Source of the DNA: an uncultured Bacteroidales bacterium | GTDB lineage: Bacteria > Bacteroidota > Bacteroidia > Bacteroidales > UBA932 | Assembly: GCA_944326265.1 (NCBI GenBank) | Contig: CALVDE010000005.1 | Location: forward strand, 28,729-92,728 | Direction of reading: 5' to 3' | DNA: 64,000 bases | Shown here: positions 56,862 to 64,000 of the stretch, in pieces | Numbering within the stretch: the first letter of the stretch is position 1 | How the letters are laid out: each line of letters starts with the position of its first letter | Translations under genes and position numbers: made by a program | The notes under the pieces: model-generated | What the model saw: the letters and a program-made list of their open reading frames with translations, nothing else | Database searches by the model: none | Told to the model about the DNA's origin: nothing

Positions 56862-57812
56862 ATGATCAACCGTCGTCTGATAAGGATAAAAGTATTTAAA
56901 GTTCTTTACAGTGTGGAGGCCTCCGGCTCTGATTCTCTGATAGAAGCGGAGAAGACACTGATGTATTCATGTGAGAAGACACTGCATCTGTATTATTTTA
57001 TACTCAATGCGGCTGTCGCATTGAAAAATGCTGCGGTTGCAAGGATTGATACTGGACTGAAGAAATTCAACCCTACTTCGGAAGAGCGTGATCCGAACCG
57101 TAAATTTGCCGAGAATAAGGTGTCCGGATATCTGGAGCAGTGCCCGTGGTTTCTGAAATACTGCGGGGATCATGGCCTGATGTGGACCGAGACGCTTTCT
57201 CCGCTGGTGCGCAAGCTGCTTTCGGCAATTTCCGCAAAAGATTATTATAAGGAATATATGTCTTCCGAAACGCGGTCTTTGGCCGAGGACTGTGAGCTTT
57301 TCATCCGTATTTTTACCGATGAGGAACTTTTCGAGGACAATGAGGCGCTGGCCTCATATCTTGAGGACATGTCCCTGTTCTGGACAGATGATCTGGGCTA
57401 TGTGCTCAATTCGGTTGTGCGCAGTCTGGATACCCTCCGTAGGCGTGGCATGATTCCTGAGCCGGATGTTTTCCTCAAGGACGATGACAGAACGTTTGCT
57501 CTCGACCTGCTTAAGGCGGCTATGACCGGGTATGACAAGTATATGGAGGCAGTGGTCTCCAGTACCAGCAACTGGGATCCGGAAAGGGTCGTCACTACGG
57601 ACCTCGTCCTGATAATACAGGGAATAGCCGAGGCTGTGAATTTCCCCAACATTCCTTTGAAAGTGACGATAAACGAGTATGTGGATATATCCAAGTACTA
57701 CAGTACCAGGAACAGCCGTGTATTTGTCAACGGACTGCTTGACAGAATCCTGAGAAAGAAGACGGACTCAGGGGAGATAGTAAAGACAGGACGTGGGCTT
57801 ATTGATAATTAG
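56862..57812 (+). CDS. nusB: Transcription antitermination factor NusB (long Bacteroidota form)
   Basis: MINRRLIRIKVFKVLYS... with nusB-yajC-YbbR-coaE synteny. Confidence 0.85.
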   Translation: MINRRLIRIKVFKVLYSVEASGSDSLIEAEKTLMYSCEKTLHLYYFILNAAVALKNAAVARIDTGLKKFNPTSEERDPNRKFAENKVSGYLEQCPWFLKYCGDHGLMWTETLSPLVRKLLSAISAKDYYKEYMSSETRSLAEDCELFIRIFTDEELFEDNEALASYLEDMSLFWTDDLGYVLNSVVRSLDTLRRRGMIPEPDVFLKDDDRTFALDLLKAAMTGYDKYMEAVVSSTSNWDPERVVTTDLVLIIQGIAEAVNFPNIPLKVTINEYVDISKYYSTRNSRVFVNGLLDRILRKKTDSGEIVKTGRGLIDN

Positions 57813-57856
57813 AAAAACTTATTATATTTGTTTTATAAATTTTAATCAAAGACGAA

Positions 57857-58189
57857 ATGAATCTTATTGCATTTTTACTTCAGGCCCAGCCTGGACAGAC
57901 TGCGGGTCAGCAGGGATGGCAGAATTATTCTTTTTTAATATTGATGATTCTGATGCTCCTGGTGGTGTACTTTTTCATGATAAGGCCTCAGCAGAAAAAG
58001 CAGAAGGAAATAGTAAAATGGAGAGAGTCTCTTCATAGAGGAGACAAGATTGTTACCGTAGGCGGTATCTATGGAACAGTGCTTGAGGTGAAGGATACAT
58101 TCCTTGTCGTGGAAATTGACAGCAATGTGAAGATCCGAGTGGACAAGACCTCGGTGGTGAAGGATATAACGGACGTACAGAACAAATAG
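57857..58189 (+). CDS. yajC: Preprotein translocase subunit YajC
   Basis: LLVVYFFMIRPQQKKQKE...GDKIVTVGGIYGTV. Confidence 0.9.
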   Translation: MNLIAFLLQAQPGQTAGQQGWQNYSFLILMILMLLVVYFFMIRPQQKKQKEIVKWRESLHRGDKIVTVGGIYGTVLEVKDTFLVVEIDSNVKIRVDKTSVVKDITDVQNK

Positions 58190-58205
58190 CCGTAAGGCGG
58201 AGAGT

Positions 58206-59204
58206 ATGGTTTCTGAAAACGGAACGGCAGATGCCGGCAAGACCGGAGGATGGAAGGACAGGAAGGAGTGGCTTCTGCTGCTCCTTTCCCTTCTTCTTGC
58301 GTTTATAGTGTGGATGATACACAGCCTGTCGCTGAGGTATTCCGTTTTCATTGAGTACGACGTGGTGCTCGAGTCTTCTCTTCAGGGGAGATCCCGGACA
58401 TCGGTTTCGGAAGATGTTCTGATAATAAGAGGCCGGTCTGACGGATATTACATACTCAAGCAGCGTATCGGCAAGCGCAAGACTCTTAGAGTCAAGGTTG
58501 CTCCGGAAAGCCTCAGGTACAGGAACGGCGATACCTACTATGTCGTCAGCGAGGATGTGAAAAGCAATATTGTGGAGTCTCTGGGTAGAAATGTCGATCT
58601 GGAATTCATCGTGACGGATACTCTTGATTTTGTTTTTCCGAGGATGATGTCCAGGAAGGTCCCCGTGGCGGCCAATTCTTCCATATCTTTTGACGGGCAG
58701 TACATGCCTGTCGGAGGAGTGCAGCTCCGTCCTGACAGTATCGAGATATACGGTGACTCGGCTTATATCGCGACGATAGACTCGGTGTTTACCGAGACCA
58801 TCTCGCTCAGCGGTGTGGACGGGCCGGTCCAGGGTATCAGCGGTATTGTTCCGGTCCGGAGGGTCGAGTACTCGGAGAATACGGTGTATTATTCCCTCAA
58901 TGTCGTCAGATATGTGGAGGAAACATTGACCGTGCCGGTTTCAGTTACCGGTGTGCCTGAGGACAAGGACATGATAGTGCTGCCCTCTGCGGTGACGCTG
59001 ACATACAGGCGTGTGTTCAGCAATGCGTATTATACTCCCGAGAACTTCGTGCTGGCTGTCGATTACACGGATTTCATCAGGACCATAGACTCGGAGCTGG
59101 TGCCCGAACTTGTCTCAATGCCGGAGGGAGTGCTGTGGTGGGAGATTAATCCAAGATATGTGGACTGTATCCTTCTGGACAAGGAGCAGGGCGGCGGACT
59201 ATGA
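58206..59204 (+). CDS. YbbR-like domain-containing protein
   Basis: An N-terminal TM helix followed by repeated beta-rich modules, in a conserved position. Confidence 0.65.
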   Translation: MVSENGTADAGKTGGWKDRKEWLLLLLSLLLAFIVWMIHSLSLRYSVFIEYDVVLESSLQGRSRTSVSEDVLIIRGRSDGYYILKQRIGKRKTLRVKVAPESLRYRNGDTYYVVSEDVKSNIVESLGRNVDLEFIVTDTLDFVFPRMMSRKVPVAANSSISFDGQYMPVGGVQLRPDSIEIYGDSAYIATIDSVFTETISLSGVDGPVQGISGIVPVRRVEYSENTVYYSLNVVRYVEETLTVPVSVTGVPEDKDMIVLPSAVTLTYRRVFSNAYYTPENFVLAVDYTDFIRTIDSELVPELVSMPEGVLWWEINPRYVDCILLDKEQGGGL

Positions 59205-59824
59205 TGACACTTGCGGTTACAGGCGGTATCGGTAGCGGAAAAAGCTATGTGGTGCGGATGTTCTCCGCTCTGGGCATTCCTGTATATGATGCTGATTCCA
59301 GGACGAAGTCATTGTATGACAGTGACGGCACACTTATAGAGAGATTGAGGCTGATACTTGGGGACGGTCTGGTCCGGGACGGACACTTGGACCGCAGGTA
59401 TATGGCCGGAAAGATATTCTCGGACAGAGGATTGCTTGAACGGGTAGAGGCTGTCGTGTTTCCCGAGGTCGTCCGCGATTTCTCGTCATGGAAGTCCGGT
59501 GCGGGCATCGGCTGCCCTTTCGTGATTATGGAGTCGGCGATATATCTCGAAAAGCCGTCTCTGTCAGGTCTGGCCGACAAAGTCCTTACCGTAGTGTGCC
59601 CTGGCGAGGTCAGGATACGCCGTGTGATGGAGCGTTCAGCCATGTCCAGGGAGGAAGTGCTGGCGAGGATGGGCAGTCAGTGGACGGACGCGCGCCGGAC
59701 TGATTTGTCCGACTTCGTGATAGTGTCGGATTTTAGCCGTCCGCTGCTACCTCAGGTATATGATGTGTTTTTAAAAATGAAGGAATTCAACAATTTAAAC
59801 AGTATAGAACAACATGAAAACTGA
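59201..59824 (+). CDS. coaE: Dephospho-CoA kinase
   Basis: LAVTGGIGSGKSYV P-loop, then ...YDADS.... Confidence 0.9.
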   Translation: MMTLAVTGGIGSGKSYVVRMFSALGIPVYDADSRTKSLYDSDGTLIERLRLILGDGLVRDGHLDRRYMAGKIFSDRGLLERVEAVVFPEVVRDFSSWKSGAGIGCPFVIMESAIYLEKPSLSGLADKVLTVVCPGEVRIRRVMERSAMSREEVLARMGSQWTDARRTDLSDFVIVSDFSRPLLPQVYDVFLKMKEFNNLNSIEQHEN

Positions 59825-60257
59825 TTTACAGAAAATATTGTCAATTACAGGTGAGCCCGGTCTGTTCACCTATGTGTCACAGGCAAGGAACGGAATGATT
59901 GCAGAATCAATGCTTACAGGCAGGCGCAGTGTTTTCGGTCCTCATGCGAAGGTGTCATCGCTTTCCGACATCTCTATTTACACCGAGGACGGAGAGACTC
60001 CGCTCAAGGATGTTCTTCTTAAGATGAAAGAGATACTGGGTGACAGCGATGCTCCCGATTCAAAATCTGACTCCAAGGTGCTCAAGGAGTTTTTCGGAAA
60101 GGCTCTGCCCGGATACGATGAGGACAGATTCTATCCTTCGCACATGAAAAAGGTTGTGTCGTGGTACAATGTCCTTAAGAAATATGCTTCCCTCGATTTC
60201 GAGGACGGCAATGCCGGAGAGCAGCAGGATGCCGGTGACGCTGTGGAGGAGAAATAG
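59814..60257 (+). CDS. DUF5606-like protein
   Basis: MKTDLQKILSITGEPGLFTYVSQARNGMIAESM. Assigned by family recall and by synteny after coaE. Confidence 0.55.
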   Translation: MKTDLQKILSITGEPGLFTYVSQARNGMIAESMLTGRRSVFGPHAKVSSLSDISIYTEDGETPLKDVLLKMKEILGDSDAPDSKSDSKVLKEFFGKALPGYDEDRFYPSHMKKVVSWYNVLKKYASLDFEDGNAGEQQDAGDAVEEK

Positions 60258-60260
60258 CCT

Positions 60261-61592
60261 ATGAGGAACGGCAGGCAGCGGGTCCGCGTAGTCACGATGG
60301 GGTGCTCCAAGAACCGTGTGGATTCGGAGCACCTTCTCATGCAGCTTGCTGCTGCCGGCTACGATGTGTCCCCGGAGGAGGAAGACCTGGAAACAGCCGG
60401 TGTGGACATTCTCATAATCAACACATGCGGATTTATCCTGGATGCGAAGGAAGAATCTGTCCAGGCCATTCTGGAGGCTGTTGATGCCAAGAAGAGGGGA
60501 GTTGTAAGCCGGCTGTATGTCATGGGATGCCTGTCCGAGAGATACCGGTATGAGCTTCCGGCGGAGATACCGGAAGTGGACGGATTTTTCGGAGCATTTT
60601 CCCTGAAGCCTTTGCTTGACGCGATGTCGGTCAGAATGGACCCCGGGCTGGAGACCCGCCGGTTTCTGACGACTCCCGGGCACTATGCTTATCTTAAAAT
60701 CTCGGAAGGGTGTGACAGGCACTGTTCTTACTGTGCCATTCCCGGAATAAGGGGCGCACATAAATCAGTGCCGGAGGAGAAGCTCATAGATGAGGCCGAG
60801 GCTCTTGCCGGCAGCGGGGTCAGGGAATTGATCGTCGTGGCCCAGGATACTACTTTCTATGGTCTGGATCTCTACGGGAAAAGGACATTGGGCCGGCTTC
60901 TGTCCCGTCTGACGGACATCAGGGGTATTGAGTGGATCAGGCTTCTGTATGCATATCCCGCTTCGTTTCCTCAGGATGTCCTGGAGATTATGGCGTCTTC
61001 GTCCAAGATGTGCCGCTATCTGGACATTCCGCTGCAGCATTCCGCAGATGCCGTGCTGAAGGCCATGAGGCGTTCTATTGACGGCAGCGGGACCAGGAGG
61101 CTGGTGGAGTCCTTCCGCAAGGCTGTGCCGGGAATTGTGTTGAGGACCACTATGATGGTCGGGCACCCTGGTGAGGGACAGAAAGAGTTCGAGGATTTGC
61201 TTTCGTTTGTGAGGGAATACCGCTTTGAGCGTCTGGGGGCTTTTGCATATTCGGAGGAGGAAGGTACGTGGGGGGCACAGAATTTGAAGGATTCGGTACC
61301 GGAATCCCTGAAGCAGGAAAGACTGGATGAGCTCATGGAGGTCCAGGCTGGTATATCATTGTCATACAATGAAAGCCGTATCGGCAGTATGGAAAGGGTA
61401 ATTGTCGATTCGTGCCGTCCTGAGGACGGTATTTTTACCGGCCGTACATCACATGAGAGTCCGGAAGTGGACGGTGAAGTGACTGTCTCATGCACCGGCG
61501 GATGTCCTGCGCCGGGGACTTTCGTGAATGTGAGGATCACCGGTGCTGATGAATACGATCTTACCGGTGTGCTTGTGCAGGATGGTGATTGA
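60261..61592 (+). CDS. rimO: Ribosomal protein S12 methylthiotransferase
   Basis: MGCSKNRVDSE (MTTase N domain), radical-SAM CDRHCSYC, and a C-terminal TRAM domain. Confidence 0.92.
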   Translation: MRNGRQRVRVVTMGCSKNRVDSEHLLMQLAAAGYDVSPEEEDLETAGVDILIINTCGFILDAKEESVQAILEAVDAKKRGVVSRLYVMGCLSERYRYELPAEIPEVDGFFGAFSLKPLLDAMSVRMDPGLETRRFLTTPGHYAYLKISEGCDRHCSYCAIPGIRGAHKSVPEEKLIDEAEALAGSGVRELIVVAQDTTFYGLDLYGKRTLGRLLSRLTDIRGIEWIRLLYAYPASFPQDVLEIMASSSKMCRYLDIPLQHSADAVLKAMRRSIDGSGTRRLVESFRKAVPGIVLRTTMMVGHPGEGQKEFEDLLSFVREYRFERLGAFAYSEEEGTWGAQNLKDSVPESLKQERLDELMEVQAGISLSYNESRIGSMERVIVDSCRPEDGIFTGRTSHESPEVDGEVTVSCTGGCPAPGTFVNVRITGADEYDLTGVLVQDGD

Positions 61593-61616
61593 TAACAATT
61601 ATAGTAAGTCTGAAAT

Positions 61617-62501
61617 ATGTGGAAAAGTGCCTTGTCTGTTGTATTTGCTGTGTGCGCCGCTGTTTCGTGCGCTCCGCTGACTTATACGTTCCCGGTGGAG
61701 AAGAGGGCTCCGGCTGTCAATGGCCTGGATTTGGAGGGCTGTCTTGTCGGGATTGCAGCTCTTTCCGGAAGGGACGCAGCTGATTCACTTCTTATGTCGG
61801 CCCTGACTGTCGGGGTGGCAGAGGCTCTGGAGTCAGGTCTCGGTCTGGATTCCGCATCGGTTCCTGTGTTCTCCATGTATGCGGAGGATATCGATATGAG
61901 CGACACCGTGCAGGCGGACTACATTCTCGCATACACGGGAGTGGATTATCTTATAGTGGTGGATTCACTGTTTGTAGGAGAATACGGGGTGTCCGGCACA
62001 GGTGAGAAGTCATATATACAGGGGCAGTTCCTGGTCCAGACCCAGGTGCGTCTTCCTTATAGTGTCAGGCTGACGGTCTACAGTTCCGCTCCGGCAAGGT
62101 CTGTGGCGGAGGTGCGCGAATCCGATGTGCTGGAGTGGACTCTCTTGTCCGACAACTCCATATCTCCTCTTAAGGCGATAGGCAAAGTGGACGGAGAACT
62201 GGACTCGTATTTCAGGACAATAGGCGGTACGATGGGCTCCTCTCTTGTCCCGAAATGGGTGACGGAGAACAAGACTCTTTATGTCTACGATGATCCGGAA
62301 TGGATGGAGGCCTGCCGTCTCGCATACGTGTTCGAGTGGGAGAAAGCTATGGATATATGGCTGGAAGAAGCAGAAAGTCCGGATATGAGGAAAGCGGCAT
62401 GTGCGGCGTATAATCTATCGGTGGCCTGCGGAATATTGGGTATGGAAGAGATGGCTTCCGAATGGAGTGCCCGTTCTGAAGAGCTGTTCGGGCGCAAGTG
62501 A
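61617..62501 (+). CDS. Hypothetical lipoprotein
   Basis: Lipobox AAVSC and no motif I can name. Confidence 0.5.
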   Translation: MWKSALSVVFAVCAAVSCAPLTYTFPVEKRAPAVNGLDLEGCLVGIAALSGRDAADSLLMSALTVGVAEALESGLGLDSASVPVFSMYAEDIDMSDTVQADYILAYTGVDYLIVVDSLFVGEYGVSGTGEKSYIQGQFLVQTQVRLPYSVRLTVYSSAPARSVAEVRESDVLEWTLLSDNSISPLKAIGKVDGELDSYFRTIGGTMGSSLVPKWVTENKTLYVYDDPEWMEACRLAYVFEWEKAMDIWLEEAESPDMRKAACAAYNLSVACGILGMEEMASEWSARSEELFGRK

Positions 62502-62524
62502 TTAAATTATAAAATTTAGATATT

Positions 62525-63409
62525 ATGGTGTTGTCTATGACCGGATTCGGCAAGGCCGAGATTGCATCCGGCGGCAAAAAGTACAAAGTGGAGGTGCGTT
62601 CTCTTAACGGCAAGAACTGCGACATTTCCATCAAGTCATCGTTTTTACAGAAAGATAAAGAATTGGAATTCAGACAGTATGTTGCCAAGAACCTTGTGCG
62701 TGGCAATATTGATGTCTTCCTCTCGTCCGAGACTGTCCAGGGCTCATCCGCAAGGCAGATAGACAGGAATCTCTTTCAGGACTATTTCAGACAGATCTCG
62801 GATATCGCTTCGTCACTGAAACTGGATCCCAGGGAGGACTTCATGGCCTCTGTGCTGGTATCTTCCGTCCTGCGTCTGCCGGACGTGGTGTCGGTCGAGA
62901 AGGAGGAACTTTCCGATGAGGATGTGGCGGCGATAGAGGAAGGACTGCACGTGGCCGTGGACGCATTGACGGCATTCCGTACCAGGGAAGGGGCGGTGCT
63001 CAGGACAGATCTGCTGACCCGTGTGGACAATATTGAGCGAATACTGGCTGAAGCCGAGGTATTTGAGGCCGAAAGAGTGCCGGCCATACGACAGAAGATA
63101 CTCTCCAGGATAGATGAACTGTCCCTGGCACCGGATCATGACCGTCTGGAGCAGGAGATGATATTTTATCTGGAAAAGCTGGATGTAAACGAGGAGAAAG
63201 TCCGTCTCCGTCAGCACTGCCGCTATTTCCGTGACACAATGGATACAGAGGACTGTCCGGGCAGGAAGCTGGGTTTCATTGCGCAGGAGATGGGACGCGA
63301 GATCAATACCCTGGGTTCCAAGTCCAACCATGCCGGTATGCAGAAATGCGTCGTCCGCATGAAAGATGAGCTGGAGAAGATAAAGGAGCAGGTCCTGAAT
63401 GTACTGTAA
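62525..63409 (+). CDS. yicC: YicC/YloC family endoribonuclease
   Basis: SMTGFGKAE...NGKNCDISIK...EEKVRLRQHCRYF...GREINTLGSKSN. Confidence 0.88.
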   Translation: MVLSMTGFGKAEIASGGKKYKVEVRSLNGKNCDISIKSSFLQKDKELEFRQYVAKNLVRGNIDVFLSSETVQGSSARQIDRNLFQDYFRQISDIASSLKLDPREDFMASVLVSSVLRLPDVVSVEKEELSDEDVAAIEEGLHVAVDALTAFRTREGAVLRTDLLTRVDNIERILAEAEVFEAERVPAIRQKILSRIDELSLAPDHDRLEQEMIFYLEKLDVNEEKVRLRQHCRYFRDTMDTEDCPGRKLGFIAQEMGREINTLGSKSNHAGMQKCVVRMKDELEKIKEQVLNVL

Positions 63410-63434
63410 GGCATTGAATGTCAGAGTAGTTTGA

Positions 63435-63476
63435 AATCACCGCAGAGAGTTGCCGGCTCTGGGGTGATTTTTTTAT
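63435..63476 (+). terminator. Rho-independent terminator after yicC
   Basis: Stem AATCACC...GGTGATT followed by T7. Confidence 0.8.
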
Positions 63477-63507
63477 GTACCTGTATAATATTTTTCAGAG
63501 AACTTTT

Positions 63508-63515
63508 TATCTTTG
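63508..63515 (+). promoter_or_regulatory. -7 box TATCTTTG upstream of glnS
   Basis: Exact TAnnTTTG match 25 nt before the ATG at 63540. Confidence 0.5.
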
Positions 63516-63539
63516 TATGTTGTAAAATTTACAGTGAAG

Positions 63540-64000
63540 ATGGAAGACTTGAACAGACAGCAGAGCGCGGCGGAAGAGACCGTGCAGAAGAATTTCCTTG
63601 AAGAGATTATTGAGAATGACCTGGCGAGCGGCAGGGTGGAGTCGGTGATGACCCGTTTTCCACCGGAGCCGAACGGTTATCTGCATATCGGCCATGCCAA
63701 GAGCATCTGCCTTAATTTCGGCCTGGCTCAGAAATACGGCGGCAGGACCAATCTCCGCTTTGACGACACCAATCCCGTGAAGGAGGACACCGAGTACGTG
63801 GACTCCATCAAGGAGGACATCAGGTGGCTGGGTTTCAACTGGGCGGGGGAGTACTACGCCTCCGACTATTTCCAGCAGCTCTATGACTGGGCAGTTGTGC
63901 TCATCAAGAAGGGCCTGGCCTACGTGGATGACCAGACTCAGGAAGAGATACGCGCCAATCGCGGTACCGTCCAGCAGCCCGGTGTGGACAGCCCCTGGAG
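63540..64000 (+). CDS. glnS: Glutamine--tRNA ligase, N-terminal part (runs off window end)
   Basis: Not in the ORF track because it has no stop in the window. Hand translation is MEDLNRQQ...[15 protein letters not shown]...[24 protein letters not shown]...RFDDTNP, with the HIGH motif. Confidence 0.92.
   Translation, partial: MEDLNRQQSAAEETVQKNFLEEIIENDLASGRVESVMTRFPPEPNGYLHIGHAKSICLNFGLAQKYGGRTNLRFDDTNPVKEDTEYVDSIKEDIRWLGFNWAGEYYASDYFQQLYDWAVVLIKKGLAYVDDQTQEEIRANRGTVQQPGVDSPW

Overview
This is a chromosomal window from a Bacteroidota (Bacteroidales-type) genome. The evidence is phylum-typical synteny (DUF4290-ftsK-lolA, clpC next to gyrA-TPR, DUF3822-rsmD, nusB-yajC-YbbR-coaE-DUF5606-rimO), TAnnTTTG -7 promoter boxes in place of Shine-Dalgarno/-10 signals, and three tRNAs (initiator-like Met-CAT, Lys-TTT, Asp-GTC). 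Most of the window is core metabolism and housekeeping: maeB, hisS, rfbCD, eno, rubredoxin, a CoA-transferase, ackA-ptb-buk, cstA and glnS. Two accessory stretches stand out. (1) About 640-10830 is a ~10 kb phage-derived integrated element between maeB and tRNA-Met. It carries only a tail module (tape measure plus two large tail proteins), a HicAB toxin-antitoxin pair and a tyrosine integrase. The integrase is broken by one in-frame TGA and the tape-measure gene by one in-frame TAG. Every TAG-terminated ORF in the module stays open in frame afterwards, so both nonsense decay and amber reassignment remain possible. (2) About 46.6-55.65 kb, downstream of tRNA-Asp, is a compositionally mosaic island with no integrase. 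It holds two membrane-protein+XRE pairs flanking a translationally coupled DUF3791-DUF3990-DUF3791 cassette, and the DUF3990 protein shows ADP-ribosyltransferase-like H..Y motifs. It also holds a secreted retropepsin-like protease, a ~690 bp ORF-free region with three stem-bounded repeat units, a 117-bp tandem palindromic repeat array, and a frameshifted hydrolase remnant. All functional calls come from my own reading of the translations and from motif and family recall. No database search, RNA folding or GC computation was possible.
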